Below are positions 26,549 through 41,611 of a DNA stretch of 64,000 bases, piece after piece (within the stretch, counting starts at the first letter, position 1; every line of letters begins with the position of its first letter). The DNA comes from Eledone cirrhosa (taxonomy: Eukaryota), in NCBI GenBank assembly GCA_964016885.1, contig OZ024740.1, positions 193,564,001 through 193,628,000 of the forward strand, in the 5' to 3' direction. A model generated the notes under the pieces. The model was not told the origin of the DNA and did not search any database. It saw only the letters and a list, made by a program, of their open reading frames with translations. The translations under genes and the position numbers were made by a program.

Positions 26549-26995
26549 CCTCTCTCACTCTGTTTCTCTCTTTAAATATATGTATATATATATATATATA
26601 TGTACATAGATGGATTTTGATATGTATATGCATATATATATATATATATAGTAATAATAAAAGTGAAGACTAAAATCTGAAAATCAAAAGATCCCGTTAA
26701 GGGTGAAAGCAGCGATTATTTGCTTAAACTTTAATCTGTTCTTATAATAATTATATATATATATATATATATACGCGTCTTTGTGTGTGTGTGAGAGAGA
26801 GTTTGTGTATAATGGCATATATATATACGTATGGATATAAGAATCCTGGCACCACTTTTCTTGAATTAATTAACATTTACCCTGTCAATGACATTCTCAT
26901 GTTAAGAAATTAAATGACGCCATACGTTAATTATTGAAATCATCATCATTGTGTGTGTTACTTTATTATCAATAATAATAAAATAATAATAATGT

Positions 26996-27026
<31 letters not shown>

Positions 27027-27031
27027 AAGAA

Positions 27032-27375
27032 CCCCGTAAGGATGAAAGCGAAGCTAACATCAGCGGGATTTGAATTCAAAATGTAAATGGCCGTAACTCT
27101 ATGCTGCGAAGCACGTTGTCGGACGTTCTACTTATTCTGCCAATCCACCACTCTTATAATAATAATAACAGTAACAATAATGGTAATAATTGTTTCTACT
27201 TTAGGCACAAGGCCACCAATTACCCAGTACATTACTGGTACTTTATTTTATCGACCCCGTAAGGATGAAAGGCAAAGTTAACCTCGGCGGGATTTGAACT
27301 CAGACTGTAAAGGGACGTAACTATGCTAGAAAGCATGGCGTCCGACCCTTTACCGATACTGCCAATTCACCACCC
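27032..27375 (-). mobile_element. Two adjacent SINE copies (one partial)
   Basis: Same family as 459-647. Confidence 0.75.
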
Positions 27376-27650
27376 TAATGGTAATAATAAGAATAATTTT
27401 TATCGCAAATGTTAACTCGGCCACCAGGTGTCAAAATGAAGCAGGGTTTAATTTCGCACAGACCTCCTGGGTTCACAGTTTTCTGTTCGTAGTGAGGTTT
27501 GATCTGCATCTCTCAACTATCATTTTTTTACCGACACATATTGTGGCCACTTCTAAATTGGCATCACTACTTTTCAAATACGAAACCATTTCAATGGTAC
27601 ATAATTACATGGTTATTACATGGATATATATATATATATGTGTGTGGGGG

Positions 27651-27687
<37 letters not shown>

Positions 27688-27739
27688 GTGTGTGTGTATG
27701 TGATTATATATATATATATACGTGTATATATATATATAA

Positions 27740-27806
<67 letters not shown>

Positions 27807-28544
27807 GCATATATATGTATGTATGCCACGCAGTTTCAATGTTTCTAAAATAGATTGTCTATTTACACTTCCGGCTGATTGATATGCAGCTTAGAATTGG
27901 AAAGGCGTGTTCAGAACCATTGTTTGTGTGTGTGTGGGTGTGAGTGTATGTGTGTGTTAGTATGCACGTGTGTATGTGTGTATGCGTGCATGTGTATGTG
28001 GGTATTTTTAGAATGGGTTAAATGATATTGAGAGGATGTTTGCTTTTACTAAACACTAGCTTCAAAGTTGCCTTTTAAACAATATACTCCACTTCATCTT
28101 TAACAAGATGGAGTAATGATTTATCATCGTCTTGGACCTGAAGTAAAAAAGAAACGATAATATACATACAATCTAATAATCACAATGAAGTATATTGGAA
28201 GAGATCAGAAGGGTTATAATGTCATATTTTTATACTGTCCCGAATAAATTCTGGCGTTAAGTCAATCATTTATATTTCTCCTTCAATCGTAATTTACTAG
28301 CGGTATTACTTAAATTATTACACGTTTTAAAGAGAATTCAGTGCAGTCAATCTTTCACTTAAGAATACCGTGGTAATCAACTATCTATATGTATATAGAG
28401 ATATATTTGTGTGTGAGAAATACGTATGTTTTTGTGTATTTTGTGTATATATTATACTCTCTCCCTATATACACGCTTATATATCTAAGTAAGATTTACA
28501 GCATACTATAAAATAAATGTATGTGGATATGCACGAAAGTGAAC

Positions 28545-28576
<32 letters not shown>

Positions 28577-28609
28577 GTGTGTGTGTGTATCCATATATAT
28601 ATATATACT

Positions 28610-28686
<77 letters not shown>

Positions 28687-28779
28687 GAAGTAATTCCGCC
28701 GGAAAAGTCCAGGAAAAAGGAGTGCTCTATGTAGGTAACAGAGCTTAATAGTTATGTAATAAAAAAAATAAGGCAATTA

Positions 28780-28838
28780 TTCCATTTACCAGTGGTTTCT
28801 TAAAAGTACAGAATTTTGCTTTCAATCATCAGAATGAA
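28780..28838 (-). ncRNA. Type I hammerhead ribozyme (Penelope pLTR)
   Basis: ttcatt-CTGATGA-ttgaaagca...tttaa-GAAACCACTGGTA-aatgga. Confidence 0.75.
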
Positions 28839-29581
28839 AAAAATCCTCGTCTGTTTATTGATATTGGATTTTAAAAACAAAAATGCAATCTATATGAAAG
28901 TGAGGCTGGAGAAGGAAGAAGGAAAGGAAAAATAAAATAAAAACACACATGCAAACACACACACAAACAAATGTATACATACACACACATATATATATAT
29001 ATATATATACATACACTCATACATACACACACACACATATACACATACACATACATATACACATACATACATACACACATACATATCAACACATACATAC
29101 ATACACATACATATATACAACCACACACACATATATATTACACATATATATATAGAATATAAATATATATATATATGCATACATATACACTTACATAGCC
29201 ATACACACATACATACACATACATACATACATACACACAATCATACCTATATACACACGTACACAAATGCATACATATGCATGTACAAAATTAGAAAAAT
29301 ATACACACACATCTACATATTCACACACGCAAATAAATATAAGAAAAGATATATATAAAAAATAAAATAATAAAAACTATTATGAAGTTGACAGCAATAC
29401 AGGCAACGAATAAATGAACAAACACACGTGGTAAGCAATACACACAAATGCACGTACACATAAATACATACACGCACTCTCACACATAAATATACATATA
29501 CAAATACATAAACACATACATACGCATACAGAAATACATACACAAACACACACACACATATATACATATATACACACACAT

Positions 29582-29624
<43 letters not shown>

Positions 29625-29732
29625 AATATACATATATATACAAACATACATATATACACACATACATACATAGCTATACAATTATACACATACAAATACG
29701 TACATATCACAAACACGCACAAACAAATACAA

Positions 29733-29809
<77 letters not shown>

Positions 29810-30013
29810 TATGTACACGTACATACATATATGTATACCGACGTACAGTAGTATGTATATATATATATACATACATGCACACATATATATATGCACGTAT
29901 GGATTCACCGAACATTTATTATAATGCTCGGTGTGTTTGTAAACAAACATCCCGTATTAAGCCGTAGTGTCTAGCAACCACCGTTGCTCGTTTGTTCAAC
30001 ACTGACAAAGGAA

Positions 30014-30054
30014 CGCTGTACTAGTTTCAAGCTTGTTAGCTATCGTCAGCAACG
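30014..30054 (-). ncRNA. Minimal type I hammerhead ribozyme (second minus copy at 30436-30476)
   Basis: cgttg-CTGACGA-tagctaacaagctt-GAAACTAGTA-cagcg. Confidence 0.85.
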
Positions 30055-30839
30055 TATACCTTCCTGCCAGATTGTTGAACGTATATACTTACCTTATGCA
30101 TATTAACGGCTGAGTAGCCCAATATGCATATCGAGTGGGTTAATCGGCCGGGTGCACCGAAAACGATAAACGGAAAAAATGAAACGATATTTCATTTCCC
30201 ACTCTTAGTACGGCTGTTACTTAAATATAAGTATGTACACGTACATACATATATGTATACCGACGTACAGTAGTATGTATATATATATATACATACATGC
30301 ACACATATATATATGCACGTATGGATTCACCGAACATTTATTATAATGCTCGGTGTGTTTGTAAACAAACATCCCGTATTAAGCCGTAGTGTCTAGCAAC
30401 CACCGTTGCTCGTTTGTTCAACACTGACAAAGGAACGCTGTACTAGTTTCAAGCTTGTTAGCTATCGTCAGCAACGTATACCTTCCTGCCAGATTGTTGA
30501 ACGTATATACTTACCTTATGCATATTAACGGCTGAGTAGCCCAATATGCATATCGAGTGGGTTAATCGGCCGGGTGCACCGAAAACGATAAACGGAAAAA
30601 ATGAAACGATATTTCATTTCCCACTCTTAGTACGGCTGTTACTTAAATATAAGTATGTACACGTACATACATATATGTATACCGACGTACAGTAGTATGT
30701 ATATATATATATACATACATGCACACATATATATATGCACGTATGGATTCACCGAACATTTATTATAATGCTCGGTGTGTTTGTAAACAAACATCCCGTA
30801 TTAAGCCGTAGTGTCTAGCAACCACCGTTGCTCGGTATA

Positions 30840-30880
30840 CGTTGCTGACGATAGCTAACAAGCTTGAAACTAGTACAGCG
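30840..30880 (+). ncRNA. Minimal type I hammerhead ribozyme (further plus copies at 31262-31302 and 31684-31724)
   Basis: cgttg-CTGACGA-tagctaacaagctt-GAAACTAGTA-cagcg: intact core, GUA cleavage triplet and palindromic ACTAGT helix III. Confidence 0.85.
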
Positions 30881-32099
30881 TTCCTTTGTCAGTGTTGAAC
30901 AAACGAGCAACGGTGGTTGCTAGACACTACGGCTTAATACGGGATGTTTGTTTACAAACACACCGAGCATTATAATAAATGTTCGGTGAATCCATACGTG
31001 CATATATATATGTGTGCATGTATGTATATATATATATACATACTACTGTACGTCGGTATACATATATGTATGTACGTGTACATACTTATATTTAAGTAAC
31101 AGCCGTACTAAGAGTGGGAAATGAAATATCGTTTCATTTTTTCCGTTTATCGTTTTCGGTGCACCCGGCCGATTAACCCACTCGATATGCATATTGGGCT
31201 ACTCAGCCGTTAATATGCATAAGGTAAGTATATACGTTCAACAATCTGGCAGGAAGGTATACGTTGCTGACGATAGCTAACAAGCTTGAAACTAGTACAG
31301 CGTTCCTTTGTCAGTGTTGAACAAACGAGCAACGGTGGTTGCTAGACACTACGGCTTAATACGGGATGTTTGTTTACAAACACACCGAGCATTATAATAA
31401 ATGTTCGGTGAATCCATACGTGCATATATATATGTGTGCATGTATGTATATATATATATACATACTACTGTACGTCGGTATACATATATGTATGTACGTG
31501 TACATACTTATATTTAAGTAACAGCCGTACTAAGAGTGGGAAATGAAATATCGTTTCATTTTTTCCGTTTATCGTTTTCGGTGCACCCGGCCGATTAACC
31601 CACTCGATATGCATATTGGGCTACTCAGCCGTTAATATGCATAAGGTAAGTATATACGTTCAACAATCTGGCAGGAAGGTATACGTTGCTGACGATAGCT
31701 AACAAGCTTGAAACTAGTACAGCGTTCCTTTGTCAGTGTTGAACAAACGAGCAACGGTGGTTGCTAGACACTACGGCTTAATACGGGATGTTTGTTTACA
31801 AACACACCGAGCATTATAATAAATGTTCGGTGAATCCATACGTGCATATATATATGTGTGCATGTATGTATATATATATATACATACTACTGTACGTCGG
31901 TATACATATATGTATGTACGTGTACATACTTATATTTAAGTAACAGCCGTACTAAGAGTGGGAAATGAAATATCGTTTCATTTTTTCCGTTTATATATAT
32001 ATATATATACATATATATGTTTAAAACTCAATCTTAGATAATTCATATGAACCTTATATAACTGCAAAATATACATATACATATATATAGTAATGTAAT

Positions 32100-32194
32100 A
32101 AACAACATAAGGCAATTATTCCATTCACCAGTGGTTTCTTAAATGCAAAAAATATTGCCTTCAATCATCAGAATGAAAAAAACCTGGTCTATCC

Positions 32195-32227
<33 letters not shown>

Positions 32228-33370
32228 TATACATATATATATATATATACACATACACATACATACACATACATTTTGGTATATGAAGGGTGAGGCAAAC
32301 AAAAATATAAGGAGGGGGTGACGGAGGGGGAGGTGACATATGTAAAGGTTAAATATAAGGGGAGATAAAGGAGAAAAAGAATACAAGAGTACAGAACGTG
32401 GATTCAGCAGGTAGAAAAAACCGTAGTAGAAGTAAAGAGCAGAGAAGGAGATCCAGGTGGTTGAGTTATCATTTGAATGTCAATCCAATTACAGATCAGA
32501 TGTGATTTCAGATGAGGATAATATCTGAAGATCTCGGTCTTTGAGTTTAGGCAAGCAGAAGTGGCTCTCAAGTTTTGCAAAATCCTATATTTTTCTGTGG
32601 TACACAAAGAACAATTCTTTGTGCCCCTTTGGTACTCTCTCGAATGGTCTAAGATAGACCAATCGATAGAGTACGGCATGTTACTATCCTTGAATTCCCA
32701 CACCTTACTTGCGAGGGCCGTTGTTGTTCGTTTATCGGAGTGCTTAAAAGAAGCAACATGTGAGTAAAACCTGGTTTTAAACCCGTCCTGGGTCACGCCG
32801 ACATATCGCTCACTCCTGGCTGGCTGGTTGTTGATTAACGGTGTTATTTTAGCCTCATAAACAACAGATTTGGTGTTACATTTACCCTGCAATGGGCATT
32901 CATCCGGCTTCCTGCAACTGCATCCTGGATTTGCACTCGTATGATTTGAACTAGTGATCTTCGACTTCATCGATGGGGAACAAGAGTAACTGATCTTAAC
33001 TAAGTTCCTATTAAATATCTTATAATATCTATGATTAGGAGGAAAATGTTTGTCTAAGAGTTCAAGGAATTTCCTTCCTACATTAGTTTGTACAGTTAGA
33101 GAGAAGGGGGGTGTGAACCAAATAATGTTCCTTTTCCTGTTATTGTGGCTAGTTTTAGGGGGGGGGGGTAGGTAAATAAAAAATGTTTTCTGCAAAACCG
33201 CTGTTCTTAAGGGCTTTATTACAATAAGGGGCGGCTTTATTAAAAATGTCTATAGACGAAGATAAGGTAGAAATCCTACAGCTAATGTTGGGAATAAGAT
33301 TATTAAAAACTATAGGGGGATGGCAATACTCTTTGTGTATATACTTAAGATTTTCATTAGGTTTATGATA
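32100..33370 (-). mobile_element. 5'-truncated Penelope-like element (GIY-YIG endonuclease, 3' UTR, hammerhead relic at 32119-32177)
   Basis: ORF 32404-33195 has RKRNIIWFTPPFS, CSCRKPDECPLQGKC, VVYEA..YVGVT..FKTRFYSH and CSLCTTEK. The hammerhead has a GTG triplet, which is probably inactive. Confidence 0.88.
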
Positions 33371-33864
33371 AGAAATTGTGTTTTTTTATATTTTTAACAT
33401 TCTTATTTTTCTATATAGATTTACTCCATACAGATCTACTTGTTGTTTCGACTTACTCCCTCCCCCATCCCCTTCTTGATCTCTTATCCTTAGGATTCTG
33501 CTGTAGTCGTCACTGTCAACGCACGACTAGGTTTCCTCCACTCCCTCTCCCTCTTTCTTCTACTGGCAAGTTCAGCTACCTCTCCTTAACACAAAATTCC
33601 ATGATAGAATTATGTGTCTCAACAACAAACATTTGACCAATCCTTGTAACAATCACTTTTACCATATATGGAATATTACCCCCTGAGAAGCTCGGCTATT
33701 CATTTACCAGGATAAAACATTTCATTTAGTCCAGAATTAGCCGTCGAAACAGCCTGAGCTCAGCCGTCGGGGCCCTACTCGTTCCTATTACCCACTCTAC
33801 TACCCTAAATATTGAGTACTTTGGTGCGTTATGGTCCAGCTGGTTCCGTACCACATTTCCTTTG

Positions 33865-33902
<38 letters not shown>

Positions 33903-34514
33903 GAGGGGTATGTGAGCGCGCGCGTGTGTGTGTGTATGTATGCAACTAAACCGTTGCCTGCTGCAAACTGTAAATAAACCACTCAGAATATACCTTGATA
34001 GCATAACTGCGCAGCCCTCATAATTCCCGCTAATCAAAACCACAAGCCGCATCCCTATATTTTGTTAAGCAACCATCAACTAAACTACATCACCAACCGC
34101 TATGGGAAGACAGATGTCATTAAGCTGCAACTATATTTTATATGTACATAAATCTACATTTATATTGAAAGAGAGAGAGAGAGGTTTCGGCTTGTTTGTT
34201 CAGCAAGACTTTTTCAAGGGCGTGGTAATGTCGGTAAGGCCACTGGTCTCGATAGTGTTTTGGTCGAGTTTATCATAGTAGTAATTGAACTGATGGAGAA
34301 AGTGGGGGAGGGACAGACAGTGGTAAGTATATCCAAACAGACAAGGAATCAGAATAAGGAACTAGTGATTGTGGTTGAAGGGCTGGATAGTGGGTACGTG
34401 TGAAATAGGAGAAGGGGCATAATCGTTTTAGAAATAGAGGGTGGGGAAGTTGGGTTATTTACAGATGCGGCTTATATATATATATTTACTTACACATAAT
34501 TATTTTCCGTCTCC

Positions 34515-34649
<135 letters not shown>

Positions 34650-35100
34650 AAGAAAGAGAGACAGAAAGAAAAAGAGAGAGGGATGGGTATGCAGGTGCGC
34701 GTGTTTGTGCATGTGCGAAGTGTGCATGTGGGCCTGTGTGCGTTTGTGTGCGTATGCTTGCGAGTCTCGCTGTGTGTAAAATATTCGACTCTAATAAGAA
34801 ATGAAAACACTGAATATCGTATTATATAAGGTGGATTATAAAACTACAATCAAATGTTAATTTACAATATTTAATCGGGTCAGAATGTTCATACATTCTT
34901 TATATAATGCCCTGAATACATCTGATTTCCTCCCTGAAGAAGCAAAAAATGGTTTTCTTTTTGTTTTTCAGTATTAATCAATATAATAATGAATATTAAT
35001 ATTTTGAATAATTATAATTTCATATCCAGATCATTATAATTACAATATACTAATTATTGATTCTAAAACTTTTCGACATTTTAACCCCCCCCCCCCACAC

Positions 35101-35132
<32 letters not shown>

Positions 35133-35163
35133 GCGCACACACACACCCGCACACACACACACA

Positions 35164-35208
<45 letters not shown>

Positions 35209-35269
35209 AATAAATATATATATATATATTTAATACAGAAATGGCTTCTACAGGACTAGAACTGTTCCG

Positions 35270-35922
35270 CAGTATCGGTAGAGGGTCGGACGCCATGCTT
35301 TGACGCATAGAGTTACGGCCCTTGTCATTCTGATTTCAAATCCCGCCGAGGTCAACTTTGCCTTTCATCCTTACGGGGTCGTTAAAATAAAGTACCAGTA
35401 TGCACTGGGTAATTGCTGGCCTTGTTCCAAAAGTAGAAACAATTATATAAGATTACGGTTTGATTGTAAACTGAATTGGCATTTGGTCTGAGTTCAAATC
35501 AAGCCGAGGTTAACTTTCCCTTTCATCCTTACGGGGTCAATAAAATAAAGTACCAGTAATGCACTGGTTAATTCCTGGCATTGTGCCCAAAGTAGAAACA
35601 ATTATATATGATTACGGTTTGATTGTAAACTGAATTGGCATTTGGTCTGAGTTCAAATCCCGCCGAGGTTAACTTTGCCTTTCATCCTTACGGGGTCAAT
35701 AAAATAAAGTACCAGTAATGCACTGGTTAATTCCTGGCATTGTGCCCAAAGTAGAAACAATTATATATGATTACGGTTTGATTGTAAACTGAATTGGCAT
35801 TTGGTCTGAGTTCAAATCCCGCCGAGGTTAACTTTGCCTTTCATCCTTACGGGGTCGATAAAATAAAGTACCAGTAATACACTGAATAATTGCTGGATTT
35901 GTGCCAAATGTAGAAACAATTA
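35270..35922 (+). mobile_element. SINE followed by three 159-bp tandem copies of its 3' part
   Basis: GATTACGGTTTGATTGTAAAC at 35451, 35610 and 35769, each followed by a B-box and the core. Confidence 0.82.
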
Positions 35923-36682
35923 TTTTATTTTAGATGATATAAATCTAGATATGCTCATTAATTAGTATTTTCAAATGCTTCATCGTTTAAGTGAAAGGAA
36001 AATTAGAAAAAAATGCGGACTGTATATAACAGATAGGAAGTGTAAAAATAAACCAAGTATGTGATATCTTCTGTTTTATATCGTTGAGTAATTGAACCCA
36101 ATGTCGATATGTGCATAGTTGAAACTACCTTAAGATGGATGCATTCAAATTTGAATAATTAGGAAACTTGAAATGCATCACATTTGGACACCTAGTTGGT
36201 GGTCTTTACATTGTGAGATTAATGCCTGGTATTTGGTAGGTGATTGGATGTAATCATACCTGGAGAGGAGATGGGTACCGCAAGGAGTAAATTGCCCTAG
36301 AAATGCCGTCTCTACTTACAGTTTCCCTATGACTCCATCATGAGTTATAGGTCCATGCATATATGTAAACCCAGAAAGCTTTTTAGAGAACACTTTGTGT
36401 GCGGATAAAAGATTTAAAGAAAGTTGTCAATCATATTTCCTTTCATTTACTGGTGTTCCTGTGAGTGATGATTTTAAGAAGAAAGCAAATATGTTCCAAA
36501 ATGTCGGCAAAATGAAAATTCAAATTCAGATATTCATACAGGGATTTCTGTTCTTGAAGAATTATAGAACTTTTAGGCATGCAAAGCTACATTACCTGAA
36601 TCTATTTGCCATCGAATGACTTTTACTATTTTTCTTTATAAACATCATGCCACAAAGCCCACTTGTTTGTTTTGGGGAGTAT

Positions 36683-36769
<87 letters not shown>

Positions 36770-36780
36770 GTCTGCAGTTG

Positions 36781-36928
36781 TGTTCGCATGCCAACATAAG
36801 AGCAAGAATGAAGTGCTCATTCTACTGACATGGCTATTGAGGCTTGTTTGCATAATTGCAAACGAGTCTCAATAGCCATGTCAGTAGAATGAGCGCTTCA
36901 TTCTTGCTCTTATGTTGGCATGCGAACA
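36781..36928. repeat. 148-bp near-perfect palindrome
   Basis: 72-bp arms, a TAAT loop and three mismatches. Confidence 0.9.
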
Positions 36929-37079
36929 GAACAATAAAATTGAGGCTTGTTTGCATAATTGCAAACGCATCGAATGTTATTTTTAATATTCCAAAATCTC
37001 AGATTACATTAATTGTATTCAGCCATGTAGAACGAAATTTTCTTTTTTATATATCTATATATACATATATATACATATG

Positions 37080-37140
<61 letters not shown>

Positions 37141-37842
37141 TTGTGTGTGTATGTGTGTGTGTGTGTTGTATAATTCCGATTCAAAATACCAAGACATTAG
37201 AATGCGCACAGAGGTCTATTTTAAATAGGTTATGGGATATTTCTATGATCATCTTTCATTATCAACACCCTTATTGTTAATCTAACATTATACAAAATAT
37301 AGGTTATATGTATAATATTTTGAATGTAAATTGTTATTAGATATATATGATATAAACCTAAAGAAGGATAGAGAAGTGAAAAACAGTTCACCACACATCA
37401 ACTCCTATCACATAATTATTGATATAGATGAAATTACAAGCCATGCATTTCTCTTTCTGTTTATCTAAACAGCACTCACAATAACATTCGCTTTTATAGC
37501 AATATGTTATTATTCCTCGATAAGTATTAGGTTACTTGTGATTTACTATCAAAGTCTGGCAGACTACGATTCATTTCATGAGATGATTTTAGACAATATA
37601 TTGGGCTTCTCATTTGATTGTGCACTATATAGTGTTGGCTTGTGAAGGAGAATCAAGCAGAAATATATATTTTCGACTAAACAACGTAAATACAGATGCC
37701 ATTTGTCTTGAATACTTTACAGACAATAACAATAAACTAGCGATTGTCTGCAAAACCTTTCTAATTCAAATCAATAATTATTAGACGTTATTAGACGTAT
37801 GATTATGTAGTGAGCAAATGAAATTGTATGAGCGCGTAAATG

Positions 37843-37877
<35 letters not shown>

Positions 37878-37889
37878 CATCATATATAT

Positions 37890-38645
<756 letters not shown>

Positions 38646-38680
38646 ATATACCTATATATATATATATATATACACATACA

Positions 38681-38938
38681 TGGTGGCTGCCAACTCGTTT
38701 TCGAGTACGGCCACTACTTTATATCCATGTGAGAGAACCCCTACCGATGCGCTGAACGAGTGTGTCTTTTAATCTAGCCAGCGACTTGAAAACTCTGGTA
38801 CAAACACTACACTTGTGACAATAAATGACACATAGTGCTGGTCCCATGGTACCATGTGATGACAAGTGCAGAGAGATCTCCAGATATAAAGCAATGCCTG
38901 TGCCGTGAAGCTTTTATAGTGAGCAAAGACACTGCACA
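38681..38938 (-). mobile_element. RTE-clade LINE 3' end (copy of 955-1189)
   Basis: Direct homology to the copy at 955-1189. Confidence 0.65.
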
Positions 38939-38958
38939 AACATACATACATACATACA

Positions 38959-38992
<34 letters not shown>

Positions 38993-39559
38993 CATACCTG
39001 TGTGTGTGTGTATGTGTGTGGGTGTGAGTATGTGTATGTGTGTGTAGTTAAAAGCGAAGGTGAAAATGCACAGAAGTATATTTAAAGAATATATTTTCTT
39101 TAATCAGAGAGAATGATTAATTTTATAAACTCTGCCTCAAACATAACCTGTTTCGATTGGTATAATAATTCTATTAAATATTACATATTAAATATTAAAT
39201 ATTAAAAAAAATATTTCGTGTATTCTGTGTTGAGCTCGAATATATGTGAATTTTCTTTTAACATTTGAAATATATATATATATTCTTTATGAAGGTATGG
39301 TGGTGAAGGTGGAAGTGGGCTTCAACACATCAGGAATTCAACTGAATTCACTTGGTTAAACATAGAAACTGTTCCTACTGTTCTTACTGTTCATGATAAT
39401 GGCCAAATATCATTTTTACTGTGTGTATGCCCGTGTGTATGTGAGTGATTGCGTGAGTTTGTGTGCCTGTGCGTGCGCGCGTATTAGCGAGAGATTTAAT
39501 TGTGTAGAAAGGTCAGTTTAGGTGTGAATAGAGATTTAATCAACAGACTTTTCGTATAT

Positions 39560-40250
39560 GTGTGTGTTTATCCCTTGTATCAAGAGAACAAAATTGTATT
39601 TTACAGGGTGAAGATAAATGTAGAGATAAAAGTGTAAATATAAATAACAATATAGATATAAACATGATTGAAAGGGGTCCTGGGGGGTTGTTGCAGTGGT
39701 CCCTGGAGAATTTACAGAAGAAAAGAATGAGAAAAGAAATAATATCTGGTTGGTAGACAGCACTTCCCCCTCCACACTGATGTTCCACTTCAAGTGAAAG
39801 TTGAAAACATTAATTACCGAAGAAGACGTTGGGCCTCTTCAACACTTTCAAAGGCATCCACCACACGACCCCTTTCGTCATGGCCACCGGGCAGACAAAA
39901 TCTGCCTGCCCGTCTCCGCTAAAGGAAGACGATGGAACAATGGTCACAATGGACTCAGTTGATAGTCGGATACTTCCCACACGGGACAGCGGGTGCTTGA
40001 CATGTCAGCAATACTAGGAAACTCGCTGAGTGCATGCAATATGCATTCGGTGCCCTGCGTGCAGCTGGGACACACCTGTCTGACGCCACTTCCATGCCTG
40101 TAGAGTTCCTCTCGAACTGGCAAAGCTCCTCGGTAGCAGTGCTAGACGAGGGATTTCTGGAAGTTATCCATGGGCACTGCACCGAGAGTCCTCTAGAAAC
40201 AGTGGCTAGCTGATTTTCGGCAGTGCTCAGACACTCCTCAAGTACACGTC
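39560..40250 (-). mobile_element. Tx1-like LINE 3' fragment
   Basis: MDNFQKSL..CYRGALPVREELYRHG is homologous to the 3182-3544 ORF. Confidence 0.75.
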
Positions 40251-40597
40251 GTTTTTATTTTGTTTTGTTTTTTATTTGCCACTAACCCTCTATAATGAAA
40301 AGAAACTCAAAGAATACTGGAAATGAAAGTAAATATTGAAAATGGGAGGAGGAAGAAAAGAAAGAGAAAATAGAAATGAGAAACGAAGAGGTTTCTTTGG
40401 AATTATGCTTTTTTCTTTTTATCTTATGTTGTGCGTGTATGTGTGGATGCAATTGTTGCCATGTAGGTGTCTGTATGAATTAGTTATTCCGATCCATAGA
40501 CCACTATTTATTGCCAAAATGGGGAATAATTTCATATTTAATTATTGTTTATATTTGTTAATGAATTGTTTTATTGTCATTATTATCTGTTGTTGGG

Positions 40598-40790
40598 GGC
40601 GGTGGATTGGCAGTATCGATAGAGCATCATATACCATGCTTTTAAGCATAGTGTTATGGCCCTTTGCGTTCTGAGTTCAAATCCCGCCGAGGTTAACTCT
40701 GCCTTTTATCTTTATGGGGTCGAGAAAATAAAGCACAAGTAACGCACTGGGTAATTGCTGATCTTGTACCAAAAGTATAAATAATTATTA
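40598..40790 (+). mobile_element. tRNA-derived SINE
   Basis: Same family, with B-box GAGTTCAAATCCC. Confidence 0.8.
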
Positions 40791-40799
40791 TCTGTTTTT

Positions 40800-41420
40800 G
40801 AGTGAATGAGTCTGAGTATTTGTACAGTGGAAGAAATTTGAAGGTGGGTATGTCTAACCCACATGTCGTGATGCGTCTGCTTAAGAGGACTTTTCTCGTG
40901 TTTTCATCGCGGATTTTTGTCGGTACGGTTAATATTCTGCGTAATACGATTCCTGTCTTTTCTATATAAATTACAGCATGTAATCACATCTATTAAGTTT
41001 TCCGTATTACAAGTGAAATTTTATTTTATTCTGATGATTAGTCCATCCTTAAGTTGGAATAATGGTACTTCAATTAGATTTAAGTAGATACCACAATTTG
41101 TTCTTCCACATTTTGAAAAAATTCTGGTTGGGGATTCTTCATTGTTTTTTGTCCCAGAAAGGATATGATTTTGTGAGTTTCTATAATTATTTTTCATGTT
41201 CATATAAAATAGGTAGGTTTTTGCGAAGGTGGTCAAACATTTCAATATTTTGTGGGTTGAAAGTTGATACAGATTTTGGATGTCTATAAGTTTAGCTCTT
41301 TCTGTTCCATTGGTAATTTCACCCAGTGGAAATGGTATATTGGCTGAGTACATTTTTGCGTTCATCCAGTCTTTGCTGACATTTGATCGTGTACATCCTT
41401 TTAGATAGGTTAAAAGGAAT
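40800..41420 (-). mobile_element. Penelope-like remnant with Cys-rich linker and GIY-YIG
   Basis: KCGRTNCG, NFTCNTENLIDVITCC and YIEKTGIVLR in minus frames. Confidence 0.55.
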
Positions 41421-41431
41421 GTGTGTTTCGG

Positions 41432-41472
<41 letters not shown>

Positions 41473-41488
41473 TGGATGCACTTGATAC

Positions 41489-41611
<123 letters not shown>

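Larger units (their letters stand above)
29803..31993. mobile_element. Palindromic tandem array of 422-bp hammerhead-containing units (retrozyme-like)
   Basis: Left arm has about 2.4 units (AAGT at 29807, 30229, 30651). The junction is at about 30834/30835. The right arm has about 2.7 inverted units (30834, 31256, 31678). Copies look identical by eye. Confidence 0.9.

Noticed and set aside
30105-30175. Possible opposite-polarity hammerhead in the 422-bp unit (CTGAGTA...GAAAACGATA)
   Set aside because: The core is not CTGANGA in either locus (CTGAGTA and CTGAGCA) and no helix I forms. It is better read as an ordinary stem.
29803-31993. CRISPR-like or regularly spaced repeat array
   Set aside because: Whole units are repeated with no unique spacers, there are no cas genes, and the context is eukaryotic.
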